Translations under genes and position numbers: made by a program | In this document: positions 22,740-35,190 of the stretch, in pieces | Position numbering within the stretch: the first letter of the stretch is position 1 | How the letters are laid out: every line of letters starts with the position of its first letter | Virus record (IMG/VR): IMGVR_UViG_3300049793_000365 | Origin: an uncultured virus (IMG/VR IMGVR_UViG_3300049793_000365) | Lineage: Duplodnaviria > Heunggongvirae > Uroviricota > Caudoviricetes | DNA length: 64,000 nt | Direction: 5' to 3' (one strand) | The notes under the pieces: generated by a model | Told to the model about the DNA's origin: nothing | Database searches by the model: none | The model's input: the letters and a program-made list of their open reading frames with translations, nothing else

Positions 22740-22785
22740 AAACTATATATTGATTTCGACTTATTAACAAACACCTAACAATCAT

Positions 22786-22811
22786 AAACTTCCTAATATA
22801 CATTCAATATA
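22786..22811 (+). promoter_or_regulatory. putative third promoter class AAACT-N16-ATATA
   Basis: before ORF 22818. Confidence 0.45.
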
Positions 22812-23968
22812 ACTCTGATGAAGTCACAAACTCGCGAAAATACACTCGACTCACTATTCACTGATATAGCATTCAGACTTCACACGATAGAAGCCACTAT
22901 TAATAATTCTAATAATCTATTACAAGGTGTCTATTATGATGTTAGATACGAATCATTCTGGCGATTTGAGATTACTTTAAAACCAGGTGAACTTGAAATG
23001 ATTAGTGGTAGACACGATACACCAGAATTTAGAAACTTCATACATATGCGCGGTTCACACATTCGTATATCAGATGATAAGTACCGCGATGTTTATAAAA
23101 CAGTAGAATTTAAAAATACAGTTGCGATAAAATCTCGCGCTATTTCAATTGAAAGTGTATTAGATGAAAACATATAATGATATATTTCTTGAATTTATAG
23201 TAAACCATAAACAATATAACGAGTTTATGAAGTCTAACTATGTATCAATAGATTTACTAGAACATTTAACTGATGATGAAATTGCTAAAGTCCCTTATGA
23301 ATTAAGGGAATCTCTATTATATAATACACCTTTTAAAAATTATTTCTTATGTGATTTTAATATTGAAATAAGAGAAAAGAGATATTTAACAATTTTAGTT
23401 GATGAGTGGACACGTATAAAGAAAATAATAATTGGAGTTAACCGAGATATAAAAATTGATACAATAACAGATGGAAACTAAAATAATAAAAGGTCAGAAA
23501 ATGAAACTCATCAACAACCCAGTTGTTGGTCAGAAAGTTTGGATAGATGTCATTGGTAATGAAGTCTATAATGAGTTTACATATATGGAACATTATCCAG
23601 AAGTTGGTGATGAAGAAACCGAAAACTGGGAACCAGAAACGTGGAAGTTCGAAGGAACTGGTACATTCTATCACTACCCTGAGTTAGAAGAATTTCAAGG
23701 CTACGTTGTAGATGAAGAATCTAACTAAGATAAAGAAGTCAGAGGTAAAAGTTGGCTCTTGGATAAAAGTCGGAGCCAAAGATTATCTCTATCACGGAGG
23801 TAAGCTATTTCAGGTAACCGAAATTGGTGAAATGTATTGTGAATCTACTGATAAGATTAAGAAAATATTAATGACATCTGATGGTTATTACTTTACATCA
23901 GAAATAAAAGAAGCATACGAATCTCTACGCGAAACAAGAGATAAACAGATAAGAAAGATAATTGAATA

Positions 23969-24682
23969 ATGCACAGTCCTGAATCAATAGCTCACGAAAT
24001 ATGTATACCATTTACTAAAGATAAATATGGTAATGGAATAATAATTTTCACTATTTGGCATATAGATCCTGAAAAGGATGGTACGGATGATTCATGTGGT
24101 AGATTTATAAGAGCAAGACACGCTAACCAAGAAGTATTGAAAAAGATTGAAAGTGAGTTTGACTTTAACTATAAACACAATTATTGGTTCGATGCTAATG
24201 GTAAGCAACTATTTAGCACATCTGGTATTTTACTTATGATGTATAAGAGCGCAGCTTGGATTCATTTTAAACATGACAGAAAAAAATCAGATGCGTTCTT
24301 TAAAAAATATTTACACGAGATATTATACTTCGCTGAGAATCCAATAGATTGCGGTGGTGATAGTATTACCAATAAATGGAATGATCCAAAGTTTGAAAGT
24401 CGCATGGGTAGTATGGCTTCTATGGTTTATACTGACATACTCAGAAAAGAAAGACCTTGGTATAGACATCCCAAGTGGCACGTACATCATTGGAGAATTC
24501 AAATCCCTGCTTTTCAGAGGCTCAAGCGTAGATTCTGGGATAAGTGTTCAGTTTGTAATAAGCGTGGTTTTAAAAGCTCTGCTATGAGTGATTGGGGTGG
24601 TAAGCGAATATGGCATCAAGGATGTGATATCTCACCACAACAACAGCAAAGACATGAGAAGTTAGAAAAACTGGTTAAATAG
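23969..24682 (+). CDS. hypothetical protein, C-terminal Cys/His cluster and tag
   Basis: CSVC...HQGC; QRHEKLEKLV. Confidence 0.65.
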   Translation: MHSPESIAHEICIPFTKDKYGNGIIIFTIWHIDPEKDGTDDSCGRFIRARHANQEVLKKIESEFDFNYKHNYWFDANGKQLFSTSGILLMMYKSAAWIHFKHDRKKSDAFFKKYLHEILYFAENPIDCGGDSITNKWNDPKFESRMGSMASMVYTDILRKERPWYRHPKWHVHHWRIQIPAFQRLKRRFWDKCSVCNKRGFKSSAMSDWGGKRIWHQGCDISPQQQQRHEKLEKLVK

Positions 24683-25214
24683 TATCAACCATAGTAAAGG
24701 CAAATACTTTATGCCCAATACAATCTTCTATGTTTTCTAAATAACAATGTGATGGTGTTCCAGATAAGCTGAATCTATCAATTTTTATATTCATAGCTCG
24801 TAGCTTTCCATTAGCCCTTTTCAATTCTGCTATAAGCTCAGTTGTTATTTCTACTGATGATTGACCTTCATCGTTTTTAAATTGAAACCCAGTAGTTTCT
24901 CTCGGCATAGTATTCGGAGCTTGAATGACTTTGTTATTAACAAATGGTACAGATTCTAAACCATAATCTTCGATAAGTGTGAAGAATATCTCATTGAAGT
25001 TACTACCCAATTCTCTGATGTTGTTAATCAACACATTGTTATACGCATCATCCAATTCACGAGTCTCACTATTAAGCTTATTTTTCAAGCGGAGTACTTC
25101 TTTATCGTGTACATACTTTACTTCTTTCTTCTTTAAGTCAATATCATTATAGACTTCCCTCGTTTTATCGTAGAAGCTTTTAATAAAGCCGTTGTATGAT
25201 TCTAAGTGTTTCAT
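24675..25214 (-). CDS. N-tagged protein, family A
   Basis: MKHLESYNGF; TLIEDYGL...ELKRANGKL; TAATATATA at 25221-25229. Confidence 0.7.
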   Translation of the reverse strand: MKHLESYNGFIKSFYDKTREVYNDIDLKKKEVKYVHDKEVLRLKNKLNSETRELDDAYNNVLINNIRELGSNFNEIFFTLIEDYGLESVPFVNNKVIQAPNTMPRETTGFQFKNDEGQSSVEITTELIAELKRANGKLRAMNIKIDRFSLSGTPSHCYLENIEDCIGHKVFAFTMVDTI

Positions 25215-26252
25215 TGTGATTATATATTAAATGTTTAAAACAGTGTTAATAATTTGTTAATAACTGAATGGCATCAGTAGATTTAAGCATCTCCAAAGAT
25301 TTAGCGTCTTACTTACATTTTTCATTTAATTTATTTGAATTATATTAGTATCACATAAATAACTATGAGCTTAGAAAAAGTAAAACGATACATAGAATTA
25401 GATATCAAGATATCTAATTGGAAAAGGGATAAGAAAAATAACGAAAAGCCCACAGAAGGTGAAATGTTTCACCACGCTAAACTGTCACATGAGCTTAGTT
25501 TACAGACTGATGCTATTTATCGGCATCAGCAACCCTGTATGGTTTCATATCATTAAAAACTGTTTCTATAAATAGTTTTAATCCCTTCTTGGTTGTGACT
25601 ATGTAATTGATATATTCCTTGAAAACACTCTCATTATTACATAGTAGTTTGAATAAATATGTTTCATTTGCTGTATCAATCGGATGAATCTCAAAATAAA
25701 GCTTCTCAATTCTATCATACGATTTATGATTAATAGGGCTTACTTCGTGTAATGTGTTGAATGGTGAGCGTAATAATGGCTTATATGAGCTATTTTCATA
25801 GGTTATATAGTTATAATGCGTAGCTTCTTCAACAGCAAACCCCTCATTTACAAATTCATTTAACCACTCAGCATTATAATTCTCAGCATTGTAGCCGAAA
25901 TCATCAGACATAACGCACTGCCAGTAGCACTTACTAAGAGATTTATCATAGTGTGAGATTGCTTCTAATAGTTGTGTTAGTGTTTCATAGTAAGCATAAC
26001 TATAAGCATCATAAGCAGGACCACCAGAATTGTCTCTTTTATTAGGATCCAACGACATTATTATCTTCTTATCTTCGAATTCAAATAGGAAAAATTGAAA
26101 TCCATCATGTGCCAATAAGTGAAATTTATTGATATCGTTATCAACGATATTATAGTCAAGCTCATTCGTTTTGATGAACTCTAAAACTCTTTGTTTATCT
26201 TTATCTGAAATCTGATTCATAATCTATATATTTGAGATTTATATATACATTT

Positions 26253-26753
26253 ATGAAACACATTCAACTATTTGAATCATTCAGAAGTGGTTTAAAAGAA
26301 TTAGAGAGTAAATATAGACAGGATAAGGAAAGCCTGGACTATGATTATTCTATCAAGAAAAAGAACTTCTTCTCTGAGAAGAAGAAAATAGTGGAAGATG
26401 CTTTACCAGAACTCATAGAATTCTATGATGCCACTTATGAACTGGATGACTCTGGTGATATTGACAGTAATCACTTCATGGTTTATATTACGATACATTT
26501 TGATGAAAAGAATATATCACAAGAAGTATCATCATTTATGAACACACTTAAAAGGTTCAAAAATAAAATGGTTGATGAATTTAAGATAGAGTTCTATTAC
26601 GATTTTGATAAGGGTACCAAAGATTGGTATCAAAAGTTTGACCCATTTTTACCACTTGATACTGAAGATGATGGTTTATGGGATAGTCTAATCGCTGTGA
26701 GAGATAAGAAAGTAATATCAAACGACCTTGTAATCAGAATTCGATTGGAGTAA
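26253..26753 (+). CDS. N-tagged protein, family A
   Basis: start reassigned to MKHIQLFESF after TTATATATA. Confidence 0.7.
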   Translation: MKHIQLFESFRSGLKELESKYRQDKESLDYDYSIKKKNFFSEKKKIVEDALPELIEFYDATYELDDSGDIDSNHFMVYITIHFDEKNISQEVSSFMNTLKRFKNKMVDEFKIEFYYDFDKGTKDWYQKFDPFLPLDTEDDGLWDSLIAVRDKKVISNDLVIRIRLE

Positions 26754-27223
26754 ATTACTTCAACATATCACGAATCTCTTCCTTAGTAATAGTCTTTGAA
26801 CCAATCTGAACATCTGGTAGATAATCCCACAACTTAGCATTTGGGTTATGTTTTTTCTTTTCTTCTGCTCTTAGTTTAGGATCTGTACCTTGAGGGAAAT
26901 CACCTAAACAAATATTACCATAAAATTCATTGAATAGTTCAAGTGCTTTATGTGCTAAGGCTTCTTTATTAATCTTGCTCAATTTCACTCTACAGGCTTT
27001 GAATAATGGTATAAGTTCGTCTTCTCTAAAACTTACAGTTGAATTAAGGCAACGTTCATCTTCCCACCAACGCGGTAATTGAATTGACCTAACACCTGAT
27101 GAACAACTGATACAAGTCTGTGTGTAATATTTACAACCATCAGATGTGTAAAATTCCAAATGTTCAGCATTATACTTAACGCTTATCTTAGTGATGTCAG
27201 CGATAGTATGTAAATTATTTCTT

Positions 27224-27673
27224 TTAGTAGTCTTCATCTTCATCATCATCTTTATATAAATCTCTTTCTGGTATTATAATATCGGCTCCTACGGGCTTCC
27301 ATCGCCACATAGGTGGTAGACAGTCACAACAAGATAATCGTTCACCACAAGTGTTACAATAGTCGTGGTCACCATCATGTATGTGTTCATCAATAGCATT
27401 TGGGTTGAGTTCAACATCCGGTACATCTGATTTACAGAATGGACAAGCATTTACTTCAACCATATCATTAAACTCAAACTCAGCATGACTAATAGTAGAA
27501 AACCAAGATGGTTTATAGCCTTTATATGTTAAGTCAGCATCATCCGCACCATCATCTGGTCTGCGTGGATATTTATTGTGGTCAAATTCCAAATATACAA
27601 CTTTGGATAATTTAGCTTTATCACAACACTGTAATGGTAGCTTAAATTTATATACTCTATTCACTCTTAACAT
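27224..27673 (-). CDS. Cys-rich (zinc-binding) hypothetical protein
   Basis: CC, CPFC, CNTC, CCDC. Confidence 0.6.
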   Translation of the reverse strand: MLRVNRVYKFKLPLQCCDKAKLSKVVYLEFDHNKYPRRPDDGADDADLTYKGYKPSWFSTISHAEFEFNDMVEVNACPFCKSDVPDVELNPNAIDEHIHDGDHDYCNTCGERLSCCDCLPPMWRWKPVGADIIIPERDLYKDDDEDEDY

Positions 27674-28091
27674 ATCCTAAATATATGGATAATTATTGAC
27701 AAGTTGCATAAATTTTTATTACCTTTGTTGTTATGATAAATATTAAACACATTGCTTTAGAACACGACTGTTTCCCAATACGTTGGTGGTTAAAAGACGA
27801 CAAGGGTAAAGTATATACCATCCGAGAACGCGGTGGTACGTGTGTTGTACATCACGGTATAAAATCGATATTCTCAGTAACCGATGCTGATGTAATTTCT
27901 GAATTTGAAGTCGAAGAACAATCTGATGTATCTACATTACCAATTGCGTTGGATAAAATGAATGCTATACTTTTACCTGGTGCAACAGATGCAACTATTG
28001 ATGAGAATTTCATAGAATATACCGATAATCACGCTGCTCAAGTACAACAGACAAGAGACAAAAAGATTAAAAAATTAATAAAGAAAAAGTA

Positions 28092-28514
28092 GTGTCACAT
28101 CAATTAATCTGTATATCAACTAAGGATAATTACTATAATGGATGCAGTATAGTAGTTGGTAGTCGTTATGCTTTTAGTGAGAAATATGATGGCGAAGAAC
28201 AGTGGTTTGATGAATCAAAAAAATGTGTCTATATCATAGACGACGATGGTAGAAATACTGAATATCCTAAAACTTGTTTCAAAGAAGTTATAGAATATAG
28301 AGAAGAAAAAATAAACACTATTATTATGGATATATGTATGGATTGTGATAAGAACGCTATGTACGTTCGTCACACACAATTTGCTGGCTCACACCCTTAT
28401 TGTAAAGAACACGCACTGCAACAAAAAGATTTTGATATAACTGGACCAAGTGATTGGTGTGTTATTCAAGAAGAAGTACGTGACCAAAAAATTGATGAAA
28501 TAACAAAGAGTTAA
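28092..28514 (+). CDS. fusion of two tagged modules (SH3-like + zinc finger)
   Basis: YREEKINTII followed by MDICMDC...HPYC...VRDQKIDEIT. Confidence 0.65.
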   Translation: MSHQLICISTKDNYYNGCSIVVGSRYAFSEKYDGEEQWFDESKKCVYIIDDDGRNTEYPKTCFKEVIEYREEKINTIIMDICMDCDKNAMYVRHTQFAGSHPYCKEHALQQKDFDITGPSDWCVIQEEVRDQKIDEITKS

Positions 28515-28898
28515 ATGCCATATAAAGCACCCCGTTCTGATAGTTTTTTCTATATTGAAATTATAGACAAACAAGTTGTGCGTGATTGTAAAATAAATGA
28601 TGTATTGGGTGACACCTCAAATACACCACACATACGATATCTAAATGGATCTCAAACTACATTACAAATAGCACACTATCTACATACCGCATTATTTTGG
28701 AAGAATAGATTTTCAGCAGAGCATAGAGTAGAGTTGCTTGATAAATATAAGCAAGTGTTTCAGATGGAAATTAAAGAATTGAAAAGAGAAGATTTTATTA
28801 AAGCTATTCCAGATACGGTTGAACTTAAAGGATATGCTTTATTTTATTGGCAGAAAAACAGAGATTTAAAACTTAAAGAATTAGCATATGAGAAATAA
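28515..28898 (+). CDS. family D protein with internal tag
   Basis: paralog of 38053: FFYIEIIDKQVVRDCKINDVLG...YLNG...ALFWK. Confidence 0.7.
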   Translation: MPYKAPRSDSFFYIEIIDKQVVRDCKINDVLGDTSNTPHIRYLNGSQTTLQIAHYLHTALFWKNRFSAEHRVELLDKYKQVFQMEIKELKREDFIKAIPDTVELKGYALFYWQKNRDLKLKELAYEK

Positions 28899-31800
28899 AA
28901 TAACACTTGGATTTTTGTGTATTATAATGTCGATGGCATTATACCTAATGGTATCTTTGTTTGTAGATGTACCATTTCCTAAATTCTTCACTGACTTTCA
29001 AGAGAAGCACACTAAGAGTAGAATGGAACATGATCCATTTATGAGACTCGCTAAGTTTACCGATAGCTTGAGTACATCATTGATTGAAGTTAAACAAGAG
29101 AGAGATAGTCTACAACATATGGTAGATAGTTTGACTAAACGTTAGATTCCAATTTCCTCTAACTTCTTTATTCTATCTGGTGTTTTGTCGCGAATAAAAT
29201 ATTGCTGGAATGTTTTTTCATATATTATACCGATTGTTTCGACATCATATACATTCTCATTATTAACCGGAATAATAGCATAGCGTATTGTCTGACCTTT
29301 ATAAATATCTCTACCCATCTGTAATCCATCTGCTGTGACTACACTTACGTAAGTCTCTATACATATACCAGGATTAGCATAGTAATCATCTACATCTATA
29401 TTGATACCCAGGTCGGATGCGAATTTCAATGCGTTAGTCTTCCCCATATTCCTTTTCGTATTCTTTTATCTTCTTGGATAGGTATTTATTGGAAGCTTCA
29501 TTCAGAGCCAACTGTGCCTTTAATTCATGTACATCTGGGTGTTGATTACCCAACATCCAATCCAATGGACTCTTTCGTAAGTAGAAACAAGATTGAAGTA
29601 TGTCAATTCCGGTTTGTATAGTCAGTTCGATATCTTTGATTTTCTTATTGAGAATATGCTCAACAGCCCATGTGTGAAACACCAGATGTCTCATAGAAGC
29701 GTACTCATAGTCTGGTTCAGTATCATCATCTTCAATCCAACCATAGTCATTGTATTCACCTTGAATTACACGATTAATTGGTTTGTTATGAAACCCATCA
29801 TCAATAAATTGGAAGCCCAACTTATCATCATAAGTTTTCTTTTTCTCTTCCGCAATTTTTCTCTGTTGAGAATATGTGTATTGAAGAATCTGATACAATT
29901 CAGATTCCTTTGGTGATGGTTGATTGAATACAATGATTACTACTGACTCACCTTCATTTATTCCGGTATTTGATATACCACAGGTTCTCGCGAAACATCC
30001 CATATTACTTTATTTTAAATTAACTACTTGCTTCTACTGAATAGAACCCTGGCTTTTTACTATTTAGAAACTTGATAAGCTTATCAACCAAATCATCATA
30101 TTCTTTTTCCTCTCCTTTATTGGATTCTAAATCAACAATGAATTTGGCAAGTAGTGCTTGGTAGTCAGCTAAGTAATCTTCTTCTTTAGCATTTCTTACT
30201 TCGTTGATGAAGTTTTTATTACCATCATCATCCGTAATAACAATACCAAAGATAAGTGATTGTAAATCACCAGCTACTTGACCACCATGATATGGTGTGC
30301 TTACTTCGAATTTTCTTTTATTAAGAGTGTCGCGAAATTCAATATCGAATTCACACACAGCTTCATTTAATTTTGGATTAACTGATAAGTCGTGACCAAA
30401 TACAAAAATGTTATAAGTGTACATATGTTTAGAAGTTAAATGTTTCTTGAATTTTTGATTTCTTATCTTGTGATTCGAACCAGCTATTTACTTTTTTACG
30501 AGTTAAGATATCTTTCTTACATTTCTCGATACTCTCTTCGGACTTAGTAAGGTCACCAACGTGTTTCTTATCACCTAACTCAATTGAGCGTTTGTATAGA
30601 CTGATAAGTTGTTTATTGATATCAATCTCTTTCAAATCATCTTCCGAACCTTCTTTATTACCTTTGATACAATCAGAGATTGATTTATTATCAGTGAACC
30701 ATTCTCTTCCTTTGATCCAGGAAACTTCATCTGGTGTGAAAGTAACTACTGGTGATTTATAGAAATCATCCAGGTTAAGCATTTCTTCTAATGCTTCTTC
30801 ATTTCTTTTTAACCACTCAGCATACATACCGATTGCTTCGGTGTTTCTGATTACATCCATCATCGCTGGGTTCAATGCTCTCTTAGTATCGGATGCTCCT
30901 TCTTCGTGTTCAACAGTTAAAGCACCAAGATAGAATCTTACGAATTGTAAGTATCTACCTTTGTGACGACTATACTGACCATCAGTACCTTCATCTTCCC
31001 AAACATTATAGCCCTTGGTTGGCATATAGAATATATTTGATTCTGGGTGACCAAGTGAACCACCAGTCTCACAAGCTTTCATTAATCCTTCTTCGATTAA
31101 TTCGTCAATCCAACGATTGATGTTTGCCGACTTATCACCCATTACACGAACAATACCTGATAGTCCCTGACCACCTTGCTTTTGAATATCAATAAATGAT
31201 TTGTAGAATTCTTCTTTACTTTCCATATAGATTTTTAATTTAATTTGCTAATTTACGGACAAATGTTTAGATATGCAAATCTATTTAAATAGATTTGTAG
31301 AAACAAGGAATGATAAGGTATTCACCCTGTAACTTTTTCATTTGTGCTTCGAGTTGTTCCCATACTCTCCAATCATCCAAATATAATTTGTTGATGTATT
31401 CGTTCTTACTTGTTAGTATGCTTTTTTCATAAGCGAGTACTTGACTCGACATCACTTTGCGATTCTTAGCTTCCTTTCTGATTCTCGCAAGTTCAGCAAA
31501 CAAACCTTTATAAAATTCCACTTCTTCGTCTATGATACGTAGCGCACCATAAGCTTCTTCTTCAGTCACACCACCAACAATCACATCAATATTTGGTGTG
31601 TTATATGTTACGCGAATATTGTTAGAAGCATCAGCTTCTTTTTCTATTGAGCTTAGTAGCTTAATAAGAGAATACTTTGGATTGAACATAGTTTAGTAGG
31701 TATGAATAGTATGACGTTTGTAAATTTCTGCTATCGTCTCAACGTTAATATATCTTTCAAGTTCATTCTTTAAATTACCAGAAGTGAATACATGAAATGT

Positions 31801-32437
31801 AATTGGTGGTAGAGAAGAGAATAATTTAATCATCTTCTGAATCTGTGACTTATCAGCAAGTTGAGTTTCGAATATAATTGTCTTACAACCTTTATGAATT
31901 GCTTCTGCTATCCAATCACCAATCTGATTGTTATAATCTGTATTGAGTCGGATAACATATGAATAGTTATCTTCGTTCAATTCATCTTTGATGAAGTCTG
32001 TTACATTTTTTGAAATGCTTTCTTGATTCTCTAATACGAGAATTTTATTAGTACCGATATTAACAACGGGTGAATAGTCGGAACTGTTTATCTTGCGATT
32101 GCTTTCATCAACGAGTGACATAACTTTATCATCCCAGGTAGTCCAACCACCCGCCATATTAATTACCGCGACTCTACCCTCAGATACTTCTTTTGATAAA
32201 GACATAACTTTAGCATCAGTCATTCGAATAGCAGTTATAAGTAGTGACTCACCACTTAGTTCAGCAAGATTAATTATTGCGTCTCTAATTGTACTTGGTT
32301 TACCTGATGAATCAAGTAAGTGTTCACCATTTTGTCGCGCTGATATTTTTTGATATTCAAGCACGTCTTCTTGAGTTTTAATGAGGAATTTTTCCTGAAT
32401 TATTCCACTGTGATTTACAAGAGTAGTCTTCATATCA

Positions 32438-32469
32438 CAAATATACGGATAATAATGCGGATATGCAAA
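32438..32469 (-). promoter_or_regulatory. Bacteroidota-type -33/-7 promoter
   Basis: TTTG-N20-TATATTTG, 4 nt before the ATG at 32433. Confidence 0.85.
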
Positions 32470-32745
32470 TTACTCACAAAGTACCTCTTTAAGACGCTTT
32501 TCTCTCATTTCTCTGAAATACTCATACTCCGTTTTGAAGAATTCTGTGCCATATAAATTAGCGAACCCTAATGGATTATTAGTCTCACCATCATCATCAA
32601 CAATAAGATAGTGTGATTTATTATTATCTACCCTAACTTCTATTGAATCATAAGCTTTACCAACTGTCAATGGCATACGTTCGATACCATTACGACCTCT
32701 ACTAAGTTCTTTAATTCGATTGTTGTTTATACAGATTATTTTCAT
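32470..32745 (-). CDS. SH3-like family C protein with C-terminal tag
   Basis: MKIICINN...LTVGKAY...YLIVDDDG...MREKRLKEVL. Confidence 0.65.
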   Translation of the reverse strand: MKIICINNNRIKELSRGRNGIERMPLTVGKAYDSIEVRVDNNKSHYLIVDDDGETNNPLGFANLYGTEFFKTEYEYFREMREKRLKEVLCE

Positions 32746-32825
32746 ATGCTTAGGTTTTTAAATGTCCAGAATTGTAAAAATATGGATTATAAATTAAACG
32801 GACAAATAAATAATATATACTTTAT

Positions 32826-33167
32826 ATGAAGCATCTAAAAACATATGAGAAATACATAATTGGTGAAGAACCAGTTGATATCAAAACAAGTATCAAGTAT
32901 TTAAAAAAGCTTCCAAAAGAGCTTAAAGATGCGGCATCTGATTTAGTTAAGCAATACTCAACAGCTAAGAATGGTAAGGTAACTGGGTTAGAATTACATC
33001 CAGATTTAGTAGATAAGATAGAAGATGGTGGTTATCCTGATGGATTTGATATGGGTGTTGATAAAGATGGTTACTTCGTACATACTCACAGAGCAAGAAG
33101 TAAATCTTATGATAAGCCAGATGGGATTCCAGTAAAAGATTTGAAGTTCATTGATTCAACTGGTTAA
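32826..33167 (+). CDS. N-tagged protein
   Basis: MKHLKTYEKYIIGE; TAATATATA at 32811-32819. Confidence 0.7.
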   Translation: MKHLKTYEKYIIGEEPVDIKTSIKYLKKLPKELKDAASDLVKQYSTAKNGKVTGLELHPDLVDKIEDGGYPDGFDMGVDKDGYFVHTHRARSKSYDKPDGIPVKDLKFIDSTG

Positions 33168-33592
33168 GTTGTTTCGTTATCTTTCTTAGTCTTATTAGTT
33201 AAAGCTTCTGCTTTCGTATCAACGAATGTCTTCACTACCTTGGTTAAATATACCGGGATGTCTACAAAAATATTAGAGAATATAACAGTGAATATCATAG
33301 AGCGAAGCATAGATGAAATATAAGCCGCATTTATAATATTACCTTCTGCGAATCTAAACCCAATGAAAAATACACAAGTCAATGCTGAGACTAACCAGTA
33401 TGTATATTTTTTGAAAATTCCACCTTTGGTTACGTTCTTAGCCCAGTCTAAAAGGTCAGTGTGTTTGAGACCATAGAATATAATAACAAGCATAATGATA
33501 TACAACCAGTTTAACCCATCAAAAAATGTGATTAATTCTGGTTCTAAGCCATCTTTCCAAAACACTTGATACATATCCTTATGAACATCCAT
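33164..33592 (-). CDS. holin-like membrane protein
   Basis: three TM segments, basic C-terminus, late-type TAATATATA at 33598-33606. Confidence 0.45.
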   Translation of the reverse strand: MDVHKDMYQVFWKDGLEPELITFFDGLNWLYIIMLVIIFYGLKHTDLLDWAKNVTKGGIFKKYTYWLVSALTCVFFIGFRFAEGNIINAAYISSMLRSMIFTVIFSNIFVDIPVYLTKVVKTFVDTKAEALTNKTKKDNETT

Positions 33593-33901
33593 AAGACTAT
33601 ATATTAAGGCTAAAATTAAGGCTTGAAAGAAAACCCGTATTCTTGCATTATTTCCTCTATCTTATTGACAAATTCTTTGCGAATTTTTCTGTGCTTCGTT
33701 AGTTCTTTTTTACTAACATTTGATAGTTCACCAAGGGTCAGTTGGTATTGGTTTTTATCAGGGTTTACATCCCTGTCGTATTCGAAATAAGCAACGTGTG
33801 TAAGTACACGCATCACACCAGTTATGGTTGTTGGTTCCTCTTTAGGTAATCGTTGTTCGAATAACTCAAATACATCTGTGTATTGATTCATAGTAAAAAA
33901 A

Positions 33902-34390
33902 TTAATAGTTAACTATCAATATTTCATGTCGAAATCTGAACTGAGTACCAGCGTATTTAATTATTCTGACATTCTTATCTGCCCATAATTCACGTATAAA
34001 AGGTACATCTTCGTATGATATAGCGAATTTACCATCAATATTGAGCATATTGTTCATAAAATCAACATGAAATGACTTATCAAAACTTGGTAATCCGTAT
34101 AACTGTTCCTTTCCGTAGTATGGTACATCGCAGTAGAACAATACATTCTTACCATCAAACTTCTCAATTATCTCACGATAGTCAGTGTGATATACTTCGA
34201 CATCTGATTCGAATGATAAATCATAATCATTGATATCATTATAGATTAATTTATCCGGTTTGTTTGAAAGATGTTTACCAGTAAATGTACCACCGAATGG
34301 TTCTACATAAACAGAGTATTCAGGTAAGTTAGGCTCGATGAACTCACTTACAATATCTTTATCCTTCTGACCAGGAAAACGTTGATTCAT
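33902..34390 (-). CDS. minimal Dam/D12-like DNA adenine methyltransferase
   Basis: YVEPFGG (motif I), IYNDIN, FYCDVPYY (DPPY-like), KFAISY, EILIVNY; only 162 aa. Confidence 0.75.
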   Translation of the reverse strand: MNQRFPGQKDKDIVSEFIEPNLPEYSVYVEPFGGTFTGKHLSNKPDKLIYNDINDYDLSFESDVEVYHTDYREIIEKFDGKNVLFYCDVPYYGKEQLYGLPSFDKSFHVDFMNNMLNIDGKFAISYEDVPFIRELWADKNVRIIKYAGTQFRFRHEILIVNY

Positions 34391-35190
34391 TAGTATGGGC
34401 GTTTAAACTGCATTGATGGTATAACTAACTCCAATAATTCTGTCATTAAACTACTTGACTTATTCCACTCTCTAAGTTCTCCGAAAAATTTAGAATCTTT
34501 GTAAACTCGATATGCCCATGTTGTAGCATCTTCTAAGTTCTCAAGTGAAATCTTACAATTGTGTTGCTTTAAAAACTTTTTAAGTGGTAATGGATCATTA
34601 CCAGTAAGGGCATCATAGTATTCCATTCTACCAGCTAATACATCAGTCATTTCAGATGCCTTAATGATACCAAGATATAGAGCCGCCGCTTGCCAAATAG
34701 CAATGTGACCAATCTCTGAATTAATATCACTAACCCTTTTATCAAGGAATACACTGAATTGTAGGTTTGAAAATTTATCTATCTCTACGACTTTACCCGT
34801 TTTAACAGAGTCATACATAGACATGAATTCTTTACATAAGCTCTTATTGCTCTTGTTGTTTTTAATAAATTCCTCTGGGTTATCTGTATCGAATTGGTCA
34901 ATAAGATCCTCGTTTGATAAGTATCTACCAAGTTGAACTCTATATTCAACTTTATCTTTTTCATCATCAAGTAAAACACCATGATTTTTAATCCAGCTAC
35001 CAATACCAACTGATTCAATTCCAAGACCATATTTTCTGAATATGTCAGAGAATTTTTTACCAAAAGTTGTATTCAAGTCAAGACTTGCCGCACTTACTTT
35101 TGGTTTACCTTTGGTTGCTTCGTTTTCAGTCGCAGACCAATCATCCATATCGGAGAATTTCTTTACTTTAAGAGTTTGCTTTTTGCCCAT
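34390..35190 (-). CDS. late-promoter hypothetical protein
   Basis: TAATATATA at 35198-35206; weak tag LKVKKFSDM. Confidence 0.6.
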   Translation of the reverse strand: MGKKQTLKVKKFSDMDDWSATENEATKGKPKVSAASLDLNTTFGKKFSDIFRKYGLGIESVGIGSWIKNHGVLLDDEKDKVEYRVQLGRYLSNEDLIDQFDTDNPEEFIKNNKSNKSLCKEFMSMYDSVKTGKVVEIDKFSNLQFSVFLDKRVSDINSEIGHIAIWQAAALYLGIIKASEMTDVLAGRMEYYDALTGNDPLPLKKFLKQHNCKISLENLEDATTWAYRVYKDSKFFGELREWNKSSSLMTELLELVIPSMQFKRPY

